Shown: positions 28,643 through 37,615 of the stretch, piece after piece
Layout of the letters: every line of letters starts with the position of its first letter
How positions within the stretch are numbered: the first letter of the stretch is position 1
Virus record (IMG/VR): IMGVR_UViG_3300044213_000051
Coordinates: 23,218 to 87,217 of that record
From: a virus
Direction: 5' to 3' (one strand)
Length of the DNA: 64,000 bases
Notes under the pieces: model-generated
What the model was told of the DNA's origin: nothing
Database searches by the model: none
Seen by the model: only the letters and a program-made list of their open reading frames with translations
Position numbers and translations under genes: made by a program

Positions 28643-31336
28643 TTAGTATGTGCCACCATCAATTGTAAAGCCATCAAGAGTAGAAGTGGAAGCACCAGAT
28701 CCAGTAATGTTACCAGAAGCACTGATGTTACCAGTAAATGACGAAGTAGAAGTTACGCTTAATGTTCCACCAATACTTGCGTTACCAGAAGTAGTAACAG
28801 TAGTACCACTGAAGCTAGAAGAAGTAATTGTTTTGTTACTTAAAGTTTCTGTTCCAGCTAATGTAGCAAGAGTACCGCTATTAGGTAATGTTACAGATGT
28901 AGAACCTGTAGCTGTTAACGAGATTCCATAAGCACCAATAGTAGTAAACGCACCAGCAGTGTTAATATTACCACCAAGAGTGATAGTATTTGAGCCGTTG
29001 TTTACACCAGTACCACCATAAGTAGCACCAAGAACAGTACCTTGCCAAGTACCAGTAGTAATAGTACCTAGAGTATTGATAGATGTTTGACCAACATATG
29101 TTGATTTAATTTGTAGTTGGTTAGCTACGATAGCAAGTGTTGTATTATCAACAACAGCACTTAACGTGTTACCAGATTTAGATAAACCAGCACCAGCAGT
29201 AATCTCACCAGCACCAGAGAATTGAATCCAGTTTTGAGCATTAGTATCAACAGTAATTGTTGCTACATCGGCAGAGAACTCAGCTAGAACATAACCAGAG
29301 TTAGCGTTCTGTGTACCTTCTGTGGTAAACACGAACATACCTGGAGTAACTGTACCAGTAGTAGTTGCACCGTCAGCATCAGTAGCACGAGTCAATACCC
29401 AGTTAGTAGAAACAGAACCAATACTAGTAACAACGTAAATACCATTATCTTTAGTAGTTGTCTGATCTTTAACAAGAACACGGTCACCAACAACAGCTGG
29501 AACAGAGTCAATGGTCAACGCAGCTTGAGTGCCAGAGTTAGTAAGTGTTTTACCTGCACCAGAACCAGAAGCAGTTGCAGTTAAGTTTGAACCAGTAGTC
29601 GCTAAACGAACTGGGTATTTAATATCTAAACCTGATTTTAGACCATCAACATATGCTTTGTTAGCAGCGTCAGTAGCTTGAGTTGGAGTTCCAACAGAAG
29701 TAATTCTGGCACCAGCAACGTCAACAGTACCAGTACCAGTCGGTACTAAGTTTACGTTATTATTGCCAGAAGCAGCAGTAATTGATAGGCTACCAGAAGC
29801 ACCAGTTAAACTTGTTACAGTTGCAGCACCAAGAGTTGGTGTAGTGAAAACTGGGCTAGTTGTTAAAGCAACGGTATTTCCAGAACCAGAGGTGCCAGTA
29901 ATTGAAGTTCCATTAACTTTTAATACGTTGCCAGTTGCAGCAGTATCAAATGTCTTGTTAGTGAACGTATCAGTTGTTGCTTTACCAACCAAAGTATCAG
30001 TTGTTGCTGGTAGAGTTAATGTACCAGAAGCTGTTGCTGATGCTTGTAGGGTTGTTTGACCAGTTGTAGAACCACCATAGTTAATACCACCAGTAATAGA
30101 TGGTGTTGCAGACAACATAACAACAGCACCAGAACCAGTGTAACTATTAATTTGGTTGCCATTGATTTTTAATACGTTACCAGTTGCGGCAGTATCAATT
30201 GTCTTGTTAGTTAGGGTATCGGTAGTTGCTTTACCGATTAAAGTATCAGTAGCAGCTGGTAGAGTTAAAGTGTTTGTTCCTGCAGTGGCAGAAGCAACAA
30301 CAGTAATCTGACCAGAAGTAGATCCCTTAAAGATTGCGCTGGTACCAAGAGTTACAGCACCAGTTAATGTCGAAGTACTAGAAACAGATAAAGTACTTGA
30401 TAAAGTAGTTGCGCCAGTTACACCTAGTGTACCTGCGATTGTTGTATTACCAGAAGCAGTATCTACTTGGAATGTAGTAGAAGTACCGTTATTGATTGTT
30501 AAATATTCAGTTCCAGGTGTTGCAGAACCAGATAATGTTAAACCATTCTGGAATGTTACACCACCAATAGAAGTTTCAGTTCCAGTAAGAACTAAGTTGC
30601 CGCCAACATACAAGTTACCAGCAACACCAACGCCACCAGAAACAACCAATGCGCCAGTAGAAGTTGATGTAGAAGCAGTAGTATTAAGAACTGCTAGTTT
30701 AGTATTATCCCAAGTACCAACTTGAGTAGAAGTGCCAGAAGAACCTGAATAGAAGTGAAGAACATCATCACCAGCACCTGGAGAAGTTTCTGCGATGATA
30801 TATGTTTTACCATCAACAGAACGAACACCACCTAGTGATGTCCAGTTAGTGCCATTATAACCTTCGAACTGTACGTTAGTAGTATTGAAACGAACAGCTG
30901 CAGTTACTGCTGGACCTTGCTGAGCAGTAGTACCAGAAGGAATAACTAATCCGTTTGTTCCAGAGACAGAAACGTAACCAGTACCATTAGGTGTTAAAAC
31001 GATGTTACCGTTAGTATTCTGTGCTTGAATAGTGTTACCTGATAGGTATAAGTTACCTACGTACCACTTATCGATTGTACCAGTTGCGGAAAGAACTGGA
31101 ATAGATGATTGGTTTGTTGTTAATGTACCAGCAACTGATGCGTCAACTAAACCTGTGTAGTATTGACCACCAATGATAATGTGGTTTGCAGCGTTACCGC
31201 TGGTTTCTGTGCCCATACCGATGTATAAGCGATTACCACCTGTACCTGCAAACGCTGAATATGCTAATTCACCTGCGGCAAGGGTACTTGGATTCCCTGC
31301 GGTAGACGAACGTTTAATTCTGATTGTTGATGCCAT
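28643..31336 (-). CDS. Long fibre/virion structural protein
   Basis: IRIKRS...GELAYS N-terminus; DAANKAYVD, GDRVLVKDQ..NGIY..W.LTRATDAD; ends IDGGTY. Confidence 0.82.
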   Translation of the reverse strand: MASTIRIKRSSTAGNPSTLAAGELAYSAFAGTGGNRLYIGMGTETSGNAANHIIIGGQYYTGLVDASVAGTLTTNQSSIPVLSATGTIDKWYVGNLYLSGNTIQAQNTNGNIVLTPNGTGYVSVSGTNGLVIPSGTTAQQGPAVTAAVRFNTTNVQFEGYNGTNWTSLGGVRSVDGKTYIIAETSPGAGDDVLHFYSGSSGTSTQVGTWDNTKLAVLNTTASTSTSTGALVVSGGVGVAGNLYVGGNLVLTGTETSIGGVTFQNGLTLSGSATPGTEYLTINNGTSTTFQVDTASGNTTIAGTLGVTGATTLSSTLSVSSTSTLTGAVTLGTSAIFKGSTSGQITVVASATAGTNTLTLPAATDTLIGKATTDTLTNKTIDTAATGNVLKINGNQINSYTGSGAVVMLSATPSITGGINYGGSTTGQTTLQASATASGTLTLPATTDTLVGKATTDTFTNKTFDTAATGNVLKVNGTSITGTSGSGNTVALTTSPVFTTPTLGAATVTSLTGASGSLSITAASGNNNVNLVPTGTGTVDVAGARITSVGTPTQATDAANKAYVDGLKSGLDIKYPVRLATTGSNLTATASGSGAGKTLTNSGTQAALTIDSVPAVVGDRVLVKDQTTTKDNGIYVVTSIGSVSTNWVLTRATDADGATTTGTVTPGMFVFTTEGTQNANSGYVLAEFSADVATITVDTNAQNWIQFSGAGEITAGAGLSKSGNTLSAVVDNTTLAIVANQLQIKSTYVGQTSINTLGTITTGTWQGTVLGATYGGTGVNNGSNTITLGGNINTAGAFTTIGAYGISLTATGSTSVTLPNSGTLATLAGTETLSNKTITSSSFSGTTVTTSGNASIGGTLSVTSTSSFTGNISASGNITGSGASTSTLDGFTIDGGTY

Positions 31337-31350
31337 CTTTTATTCTCCGA

Positions 31351-31578
31351 TTAAAATTCTCCACCTTCCATGTCCTGCGCATCTAACGTAGTAGTCGCAG
31401 TCCATAAGGCGGTGTTATTCTTATAAACTAATACTGCTCCATCTGTTAACCCAGTCAAGTTAACATCAGCCATTGCTTCTATAGAATTTGGAGGTACTGA
31501 TGTAGGTGATGCAGTTACGGCAGTTCCACTAGTGGAAACACCATAAGGATTTGAAACGACTGCTATAATGTCTGCCAT
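31351..31578 (-). CDS. Small virion protein
   Basis: DV.L..L.DGAVLVY....W repeat unit; ends EGGEF. Confidence 0.7.
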   Translation of the reverse strand: MADIIAVVSNPYGVSTSGTAVTASPTSVPPNSIEAMADVNLTGLTDGAVLVYKNNTALWTATTTLDAQDMEGGEF

Positions 31579-31579
31579 A

Positions 31580-31912
31580 TTATTGGGTAATCTCTGGGCT
31601 TATTGTTACTATACCTTCAACAACTCTTGTACTTTCGCCAGTAGGGTTTGTCACTCTAATGTCATACAAATATCTGCCTGGAGGTATAACTCTTGATTGC
31701 GCAGAATCTAATTCGATCTGCACTCTACCGTTGATTGGATTACTGATAACAGCAGTGAAATCGTAAGAAGTCGATGACTGGTACGATTTTCTCATTTGAG
31801 AAGCTACAGTGAAACCTGTCAAGTCCAATGGAACACCATTAGTACCCGACACAGTCACATATGTCCTAAAAAAAGCACCTTGATCTACATAAAGGTTGGA
31901 AATTGTAGCCAC
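31580..31912 (-). CDS. Virion structural protein (Ig/BppU-like)
   Basis: NLYVDQGA.F, DLTGFT..SQMRKSY, GRYLYDI, RVVEG.V.ISP; common in T4-like fibre clusters. Confidence 0.78.
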   Translation of the reverse strand: MATISNLYVDQGAFFRTYVTVSGTNGVPLDLTGFTVASQMRKSYQSSTSYDFTAVISNPINGRVQIELDSAQSRVIPPGRYLYDIRVTNPTGESTRVVEGIVTISPEITQ

Positions 31913-31938
31913 TTGTTTAATCTCCCGATATACATTCT

Positions 31939-31966
31939 TATTTATCTTATTTTGGAACGCTAAATA
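31939..31966. promoter_or_regulatory. Back-to-back late promoters
   Basis: GATAAATA on minus (31939-31946) and GCTAAATA on plus (31959-31966). Confidence 0.65.
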
Positions 31967-32010
31967 CTATTGAGCTGCGAGGCGATTTTTAACTATTATG
32001 GAGTTATTAT

Positions 32011-32652
32011 ATGGACAATATTCAAGCACCCCAAAATGGAACAGGTTCAGCGACTGAAGTTCCATCAGATAAACAGTTAGTTACAAAAACTTTCGAAAAA
32101 CTGTTATTCCCAACCGATATTAAAAGTTTCCAAATTTCGGATTTTGAGGATTTTCAACAGAAACTTTTGACATTTATTCAAAGTGAAGAATGTCAACCAA
32201 AAGATTCTTTAGAGCCGATCGACCCGATTTTTAAAGAAGATGACAGTATCTTCAAACTTCGCGAAATTGTATACTCTATTTGTGAACAATTACCAGAGTT
32301 TAATATACCAGAGCTTCAATACACACCAACTATTATTGGCTCACAGATATTTTATCAACAACAATACGAACACATTCCACCGCATGCGTATGAATTTGTT
32401 CCGTTGGTATTTTCGTTCATTTTGTCATGCCCAGAATCACCCCCAGTAACTTATTATCCAGATACTCGTGGAGCAGTTCAAACAGTTAGAGATACAGTAT
32501 CTCAAAACTTAGTTGCTACTAGTTTCTCTCTGCGTGGATGGCAAGGTGAAGTTATTGTCACACCTGGATATCTACAACGTTATGTGGAAACAAACTTGTC
32601 TGAAAGAACTTACGTTGTTCTTAATGTCAAAATTGGTTTTGCTTCCTATTAA
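32011..32652 (+). CDS. 2OG-Fe(II) oxygenase-fold protein, degenerate metal ligands
   Basis: Layout LFPT.I...PPHAY...YYPDTRG...GEVIVTPGYLQRYVETN resembles the TIGR02466-type family. GGAG SD and own late box. Confidence 0.55.
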   Translation: MDNIQAPQNGTGSATEVPSDKQLVTKTFEKLLFPTDIKSFQISDFEDFQQKLLTFIQSEECQPKDSLEPIDPIFKEDDSIFKLREIVYSICEQLPEFNIPELQYTPTIIGSQIFYQQQYEHIPPHAYEFVPLVFSFILSCPESPPVTYYPDTRGAVQTVRDTVSQNLVATSFSLRGWQGEVIVTPGYLQRYVETNLSERTYVVLNVKIGFASY

Positions 32653-33700
32653 ATTTAGCAGTTCGAGGAATGTAGCGTAAGCTATAATCTTCATATAAAA
32701 ATAACCAAGTCGGTATGGGGTTTCCTAAATTGGAAACCCCTTTTGGTTTGTTCCAAGCATAGTAAGAATCTCCACTATACTCCTCAATCAATTGACGCAT
32801 AACCCATCTGTGAGTTAGTGCGTTTCCAACTTCTTTCGTAAATGGTTCTTTGGTTGTAATAACATAACGCTGAAAATCGTCAGTATTAAAAAAGTGATAT
32901 ATGTTATCTTGACGTTTCGTACTAACCATTGACGCAAACTGAGAAGTATACCAATCATAGTTAAAAATACACCACCATCTTAAATCACGCAAAGTTTCAA
33001 TTTTTTTAGGACTTGCCTTTATTGACGGAAGAATAAACTCGTGTAGCTCTGGGTTTATACATTTGGTGTAATCCATCAGTGGATCTGGACCTTTGAACTG
33101 ATGATGGAAAAATGATATATCAGTTTTCACAGTTCCAGTTGTAAAGTCGTCTGTCGGACCAAACAGTTGGTTACCAAAAAACCCTGTTACAAAAATCTCA
33201 TCTTCAGGACAGTCATCAAACTCTCTTCTGGAAGTAACCTTAATTTTATGGTTTACGCCAGATGGTAAGATAACTTTATCAAACATCGAGCCAGATTCTA
33301 ATACAGAACTGTAAGTTCCATAAACAGTAATTCTTGATGGATCTTTCGCGTAGTGAATCAGCGCAAACAGAACCAATGTGCTGTCAATACCACCACTCCA
33401 AACAACGTTAATTTTCTTACCTGTTGCAAGAAGCTCTTCGCAACGTTCTTTAACTATCTGCTCGAACGACTTGTTAAAACCTTCTGGAATTTCTGGTATC
33501 TGTAGCAACCCACCCTTCATATTAAGGTAATGTGGAGTATTACCAGTTCTATCAAACACAACATTCAAATTCATGTTATGTTTCTCATAGAAGTTAAACA
33601 ACTCTATAGCATTATCCGATAGATCGTCAGCAATCGTATCTGGATATTGAGCCATTACTTGTTTAACGTACCCTGTATTATAAAATAAAATTTGTTTCAT
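32627..33700 (-). CDS. PP-loop (N-type) ATP pyrophosphatase, asparagine-synthetase C-domain-like
   Basis: VVWSGGIDST PP-loop; IFVTGFFGNQLFG resembles the AsnB TG.G.DE.FG motif; no glutaminase domain. Confidence 0.75.
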   Translation of the reverse strand: MKQILFYNTGYVKQVMAQYPDTIADDLSDNAIELFNFYEKHNMNLNVVFDRTGNTPHYLNMKGGLLQIPEIPEGFNKSFEQIVKERCEELLATGKKINVVWSGGIDSTLVLFALIHYAKDPSRITVYGTYSSVLESGSMFDKVILPSGVNHKIKVTSRREFDDCPEDEIFVTGFFGNQLFGPTDDFTTGTVKTDISFFHHQFKGPDPLMDYTKCINPELHEFILPSIKASPKKIETLRDLRWWCIFNYDWYTSQFASMVSTKRQDNIYHFFNTDDFQRYVITTKEPFTKEVGNALTHRWVMRQLIEEYSGDSYYAWNKPKGVSNLGNPIPTWLFLYEDYSLRYIPRTAKFNRKQNQF

Positions 33701-33710
33701 TATATCCTCA

Positions 33711-33738
33711 AAATAAAAATGGGGAGCTTAGGCTCCCC
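33711..33738 (-). terminator. Intrinsic terminator-like hairpin after the TRAP SBP gene
   Basis: Minus strand GGGGAGC-CTAA-GCTCCCC followed by ATTTTTATTT. Confidence 0.7.
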
Positions 33739-33740
33739 AA

Positions 33741-33748
33741 TATTTATC
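33741..33748 (-). promoter_or_regulatory. Late promoter (GATAAATA) for the PP-loop gene
   Basis: Late-box variant abutting the hairpin. Confidence 0.6.
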
Positions 33749-33758
33749 ACGCTACAGA

Positions 33759-34706
33759 TTAATGTAATTGAATCTTGCTTACAAGACCTGGAGTGAAGTA
33801 GTCAGCAAACTTCTCGTAAACTGCAGAAGTAACTTCTTTGAATTTCTTCTGTTCAGTTTCATCCATGCGAACAACCATAACACCCTTTTCTTCACATTCA
33901 GCTAGAATGTTTGGAATGTCAGCAACTGATTCACGACGCTCTGCACGAGCAGCGTTGAAAGCAGCAGTAGCCATAATTTCTTGAGTTTCTTCATCGAACT
34001 GAGCCATGAAGTCTTTGTTAACAATAATAGAAGTCAAGAACAAGCTGTGGGCAGTGTCATTAACAACCTTGAAAGACTTATATTGGTCAAGTGGGAAAAT
34101 ACGAACGTAAGTAGATTCGCCAGCAGCAATTTCGCCACGATCAGCAAATTCGTTCATTTCTTCTAGAGCGATGTGCTCTTTTGGTTCTGCTCCAAGCAAC
34201 TTAAATGTTTCAACAGCAACAGGGCTACGGCTAGTACGAACAGCTTGACCTTTCCAAGCATCTACAGTGTCAGCCTTAAAGTTAGCTGGAACAACACGAT
34301 AGCCACCAGAGTAAGTGAAAGACATAGCGTGGATATTACTATTCTTAGAAACACCAGCTAACAACTCAGCACCAACTTCACCTTCCAAAACAGCGTCAGC
34401 ATGGGCGTGGTCACGGAATAGGAATGGTAGGTCTAAAGCGTGTAGATCTTTGTTGTAATCAGCCAACCAAGTAGTGTAGATGTGGCTCATTTCGATAGTG
34501 CCATCATCGATCATCTGCATTAGGTCGTTCTTGCTGATTTTCTTGCCATCGTTATACTTAGCTGCATAGTCTGATAAAGAAAGAACTTCAATGTTAAACA
34601 TACCATTGGTTTTTTCGTTAACTTCTTTAGCAAAGTGCTCAGCAACTTTCAAAAACAAGCCAATAGGCTCGTGGGCGATAACCCATTTTACATGTTTTTG
34701 TTCCAT
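33759..34706 (-). CDS. TRAP transporter solute-binding protein (DctP family), no signal peptide
   Basis: FAKEVNEKTNG, LDLPFLFRD..HA..VL.G.VG, GGYR, WKGQAVR; N-terminus lacks a hydrophobic leader. Confidence 0.85.
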   Translation of the reverse strand: MEQKHVKWVIAHEPIGLFLKVAEHFAKEVNEKTNGMFNIEVLSLSDYAAKYNDGKKISKNDLMQMIDDGTIEMSHIYTTWLADYNKDLHALDLPFLFRDHAHADAVLEGEVGAELLAGVSKNSNIHAMSFTYSGGYRVVPANFKADTVDAWKGQAVRTSRSPVAVETFKLLGAEPKEHIALEEMNEFADRGEIAAGESTYVRIFPLDQYKSFKVVNDTAHSLFLTSIIVNKDFMAQFDEETQEIMATAAFNAARAERRESVADIPNILAECEEKGVMVVRMDETEQKKFKEVTSAVYEKFADYFTPGLVSKIQLH

Positions 34707-35033
34707 TTAAATCTCCTTTTTGTTTCTATGTAGTAGGTACCCAAGTTTAGTTAGGTCCAATATCCAGCTTTCTTCACTACTATTTATCTTATGGTAGATT
34801 ACTGGAATGTTATTTTCGACAATTATTCTTATATATTTATGAACAACTGCTTTTTGCTCCTCACTTCCAACCAACTTAAATTCTGGGATCTGGATAGATA
34901 CATTGTTGTTTTGAAACGACTCTGTAGTTTCTGAATTATGATAGAAAATCCTAGAGATAGTATGTCTATCATAATTCGATCCATATCTTGGAAATTTATT
35001 AACTTCCCAAATATAACAATCTAAAAAAGCCAT
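34707..35033 (-). CDS. Hypothetical protein
   Basis: ORF filling the gap between rSAM and SBP genes; likely start MAFLDCYIW at 35033. Confidence 0.65.
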   Translation of the reverse strand: MAFLDCYIWEVNKFPRYGSNYDRHTISRIFYHNSETTESFQNNNVSIQIPEFKLVGSEEQKAVVHKYIRIIVENNIPVIYHKINSSEESWILDLTKLGYLLHRNKKEI

Positions 35034-35034
35034 A

Positions 35035-36504
35035 TTATTGAATAGTCGTTGGAATGCTAACAACTGGAATGTTTACAGGTTTGCGAACTTTCCAAGATTT
35101 CTGTGTACCACCAGATTTCACAAAATCAATGTCAATAACAGGTTGGCTTGTTTGTCCGTCGAATCTGATTTTTTCGCCTTGTATTTCAACCAAAACCAAT
35201 CCATCAGTCATGATAAACATAGAAGCTGCCAGTATTGCCAAATTATACCAATAGAGATTCTCGCATGCTTGACTCCAATATTGATCTTCTAAGAACAGGC
35301 ACGCACCTTGACATAGTTGAACAACTGGACAAGAAGGGCATTCTGCACGAGTTGACCAGTGATATGAGTTCTTCAAACGAACATCTTCTAACTGATCGAT
35401 ATTACCAAGGTTGTGTTTAGTTAGAGAAGAAGTGTTTTGGCAAGTAGTTACGTTACCTTTCATATCGATGGCAATCGTATCTTCTTTATCCATACCACAC
35501 TTTTGACCAACAACAGTAGCTGGTCTTTGGTAAACTAACGATTCAAAAAACCCTTGGATTTTCTGATTAATTGTCCAACTAAACTGATTCTTAAACTCAA
35601 TAGTTTCCCAGAACAACGAATGTAGAATTTCTTTCTTCTCATCTGGCGTTTGAATAGAGTGAGCCATGCCACTATCATCATATGGTAACATCAATTCTTC
35701 TGTTGTTACCTGCAATTCAGTCTGTCCAATTTCAACATAATCATATCCAAGATCTTTACGATTTAATTTTTCTTGAATAAAATCACGAACAGCTGCAATT
35801 GAAACATTCTGACGTGTCAATACACAGTTAAACGTAAATCTCATCTGACCCATTGTTTTTAAAGCATAAACAACAGCATCTTTTGCTTCTGGTTCATCCA
35901 AAGGATCTGGTCCACGGTTCTGAGCATGCAGTGGTCCATCGTGAGACATACCAATAGAGAATCCCATTTGATTGAACCAATCAATCTTTTCTCGTGTTAA
36001 TAGTGAGCCATTAGTCACCATCATAAACTGCGCATTAGGATAAACCTTACGAATCTTTTCCGCCAATGGTTTTAGAGTTTTCCAATAAACCATTGGTTCA
36101 CCACCCCAAAATTCCAAACGGAATCTATCATAAGTGCTAAACTTAAAATTATTTTTAATCTTTTGAACAAGTTCTTCAGCATCCTCTGGACCACCAACTG
36201 GATCGTGTGGTTGATGTGCCTGATTGCAATATGAGCAAGCGTAGTTACACTTAAGACCCATAGTAATTTTTAGAGTTGCTGGTTTATCTGACTTCTTACC
36301 CCAGAGATCTGGGTTATGTGGATTGGTTATTTTAGCAGGTTCCCATTTTTTAGCAGTTACCTGATATTCTAATCCGTTTGAAATGTGAGTCAATGTAGGT
36401 TTAGTGCCATCCGATTCCCAATAAACTTCAGAAGTCATTGGATCATACACTAATGTTTCTTTCACATCATTTGATCCTTGTAGGATCAACTTATATTTAC
36501 TCAT
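35035..36504 (-). CDS. Radical SAM enzyme with SPASM domain
   Basis: CNYACSYC (CX3CX2C), FWGGEP, VTNGSLL, SHDG; SPASM cysteines CG...GNVTTC and CPSCPVVQLCQGAC...C. Confidence 0.93.
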   Translation of the reverse strand: MSKYKLILQGSNDVKETLVYDPMTSEVYWESDGTKPTLTHISNGLEYQVTAKKWEPAKITNPHNPDLWGKKSDKPATLKITMGLKCNYACSYCNQAHQPHDPVGGPEDAEELVQKIKNNFKFSTYDRFRLEFWGGEPMVYWKTLKPLAEKIRKVYPNAQFMMVTNGSLLTREKIDWFNQMGFSIGMSHDGPLHAQNRGPDPLDEPEAKDAVVYALKTMGQMRFTFNCVLTRQNVSIAAVRDFIQEKLNRKDLGYDYVEIGQTELQVTTEELMLPYDDSGMAHSIQTPDEKKEILHSLFWETIEFKNQFSWTINQKIQGFFESLVYQRPATVVGQKCGMDKEDTIAIDMKGNVTTCQNTSSLTKHNLGNIDQLEDVRLKNSYHWSTRAECPSCPVVQLCQGACLFLEDQYWSQACENLYWYNLAILAASMFIMTDGLVLVEIQGEKIRFDGQTSQPVIDIDFVKSGGTQKSWKVRKPVNIPVVSIPTTIQ

Positions 36505-36553
36505 GCTATTCCTTTAATATAAATGAAAATACCCTGCTTTATCTTACACAGGG

Positions 36554-36561
36554 TATTTAGC
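36554..36561 (-). promoter_or_regulatory. Late promoter (GCTAAATA) for the radical SAM operon
   Basis: Late-box variant overlapping a 10-bp inverted repeat (36527-36558). Confidence 0.62.
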
Positions 36562-36570
36562 CACTAGAAA

Positions 36571-37602
36571 TTAAACCAGTGTAATCATTAACTCAGCAAA
36601 AGTTAATTGTGGTCCACAGTTTAATTTAAATTTGATAAAATCACCAGCTGAAAGTTTGTTGTCAACGATAACGTCTTCGTATCCAGCAAATCTTGAGGGA
36701 AGATTATTTAGACCAAGATATGTGAAATCTGGAGCTACTTGACCAGTTCGTACCCCAGAAGTTAATCGAGTTTTAGATGGTGTTCCATTTACACAATTTA
36801 TATCGAATGTTACTGGTAAAGTTTTATCTGGTATTCCACTCTGATATACAACTCTAAACTTATATTCAGGATTGGTCGGTAAAGAAATTGCAAATTGTCC
36901 GCCAGCAAATTTTTGTGGATCTACCCCAGGCATAACGAATGTTGATGGAACCATACTTAAAGGGACTTCAGTGGTAACAACATTATTATTAGCGTCAAGA
37001 ATTTGGAAAATGATATTTACTATATAGTTCATAGCGATATCTTTAATTCTGTCTTTGGTAGACATTTCAACTGGTGCTGGTGTAGTAGCAGAGTCTATTA
37101 CTGTTGCGTGTGGTGATCCATCTTCAATAACATGGAATGTTAAAACACTAGCAGAAAAATCAGTTACTGTTCCATAAAATGATTCAATTTGAAAACATGG
37201 AAACAATTTTTCGCTTTGTCTTGCTTGAATGTCACTCCAAATAGTATGATGAGATGTACTAGAATTTATTAGTGTTTGAGTATACGATAGAACATTAAAT
37301 GGGTCGTTGATCGTTTCAGTTTCAGCGTCAAACTCAACGATCCAAGCCATATTGTCTGTATACTGAACAAAATCTGCTGGAGTGAACGCTCTTGTAGCTA
37401 CAGTTGTATATGTAATTGGAGCGTCTACAGCAGAATTTAAGTCTGGTTTAACTAGTTTATCAACAGTAAGGTTGATTGTTTTAGTACTATCAACATATCC
37501 CATTGTTACTCTATAGTTAGAATTAACCGCAAGAACACCCTGTGGGTATGATGTTTGACTAGGATCAAATCCTACGATTGGTGTTTTATAGATTTTATAC
37601 AT
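36571..37602 (-). CDS. Hypothetical protein (343 aa, beta-rich)
   Basis: ORF directly downstream of the Cys-rich gene; no recognisable motif. Confidence 0.75.
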   Translation of the reverse strand: MYKIYKTPIVGFDPSQTSYPQGVLAVNSNYRVTMGYVDSTKTINLTVDKLVKPDLNSAVDAPITYTTVATRAFTPADFVQYTDNMAWIVEFDAETETINDPFNVLSYTQTLINSSTSHHTIWSDIQARQSEKLFPCFQIESFYGTVTDFSASVLTFHVIEDGSPHATVIDSATTPAPVEMSTKDRIKDIAMNYIVNIIFQILDANNNVVTTEVPLSMVPSTFVMPGVDPQKFAGGQFAISLPTNPEYKFRVVYQSGIPDKTLPVTFDINCVNGTPSKTRLTSGVRTGQVAPDFTYLGLNNLPSRFAGYEDVIVDNKLSAGDFIKFKLNCGPQLTFAELMITLV

Positions 37603-37615
37603 TTATATTCCCTAA

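Noticed and set aside
23328-31391. Many plus-strand Val/Pro/Ala-rich ORFs
   Set aside because: Antisense shadows of Thr/Gly-rich fibre genes; no SD or promoter support seen.
32627-36504. Possible 7-deazaguanine (QueC/QueE) DNA-modification pathway
   Set aside because: The PP-loop protein lacks an obvious QueC Cys zinc site, the rSAM is SPASM-type rather than QueE, and no queD/folE/dpdA is in the window.
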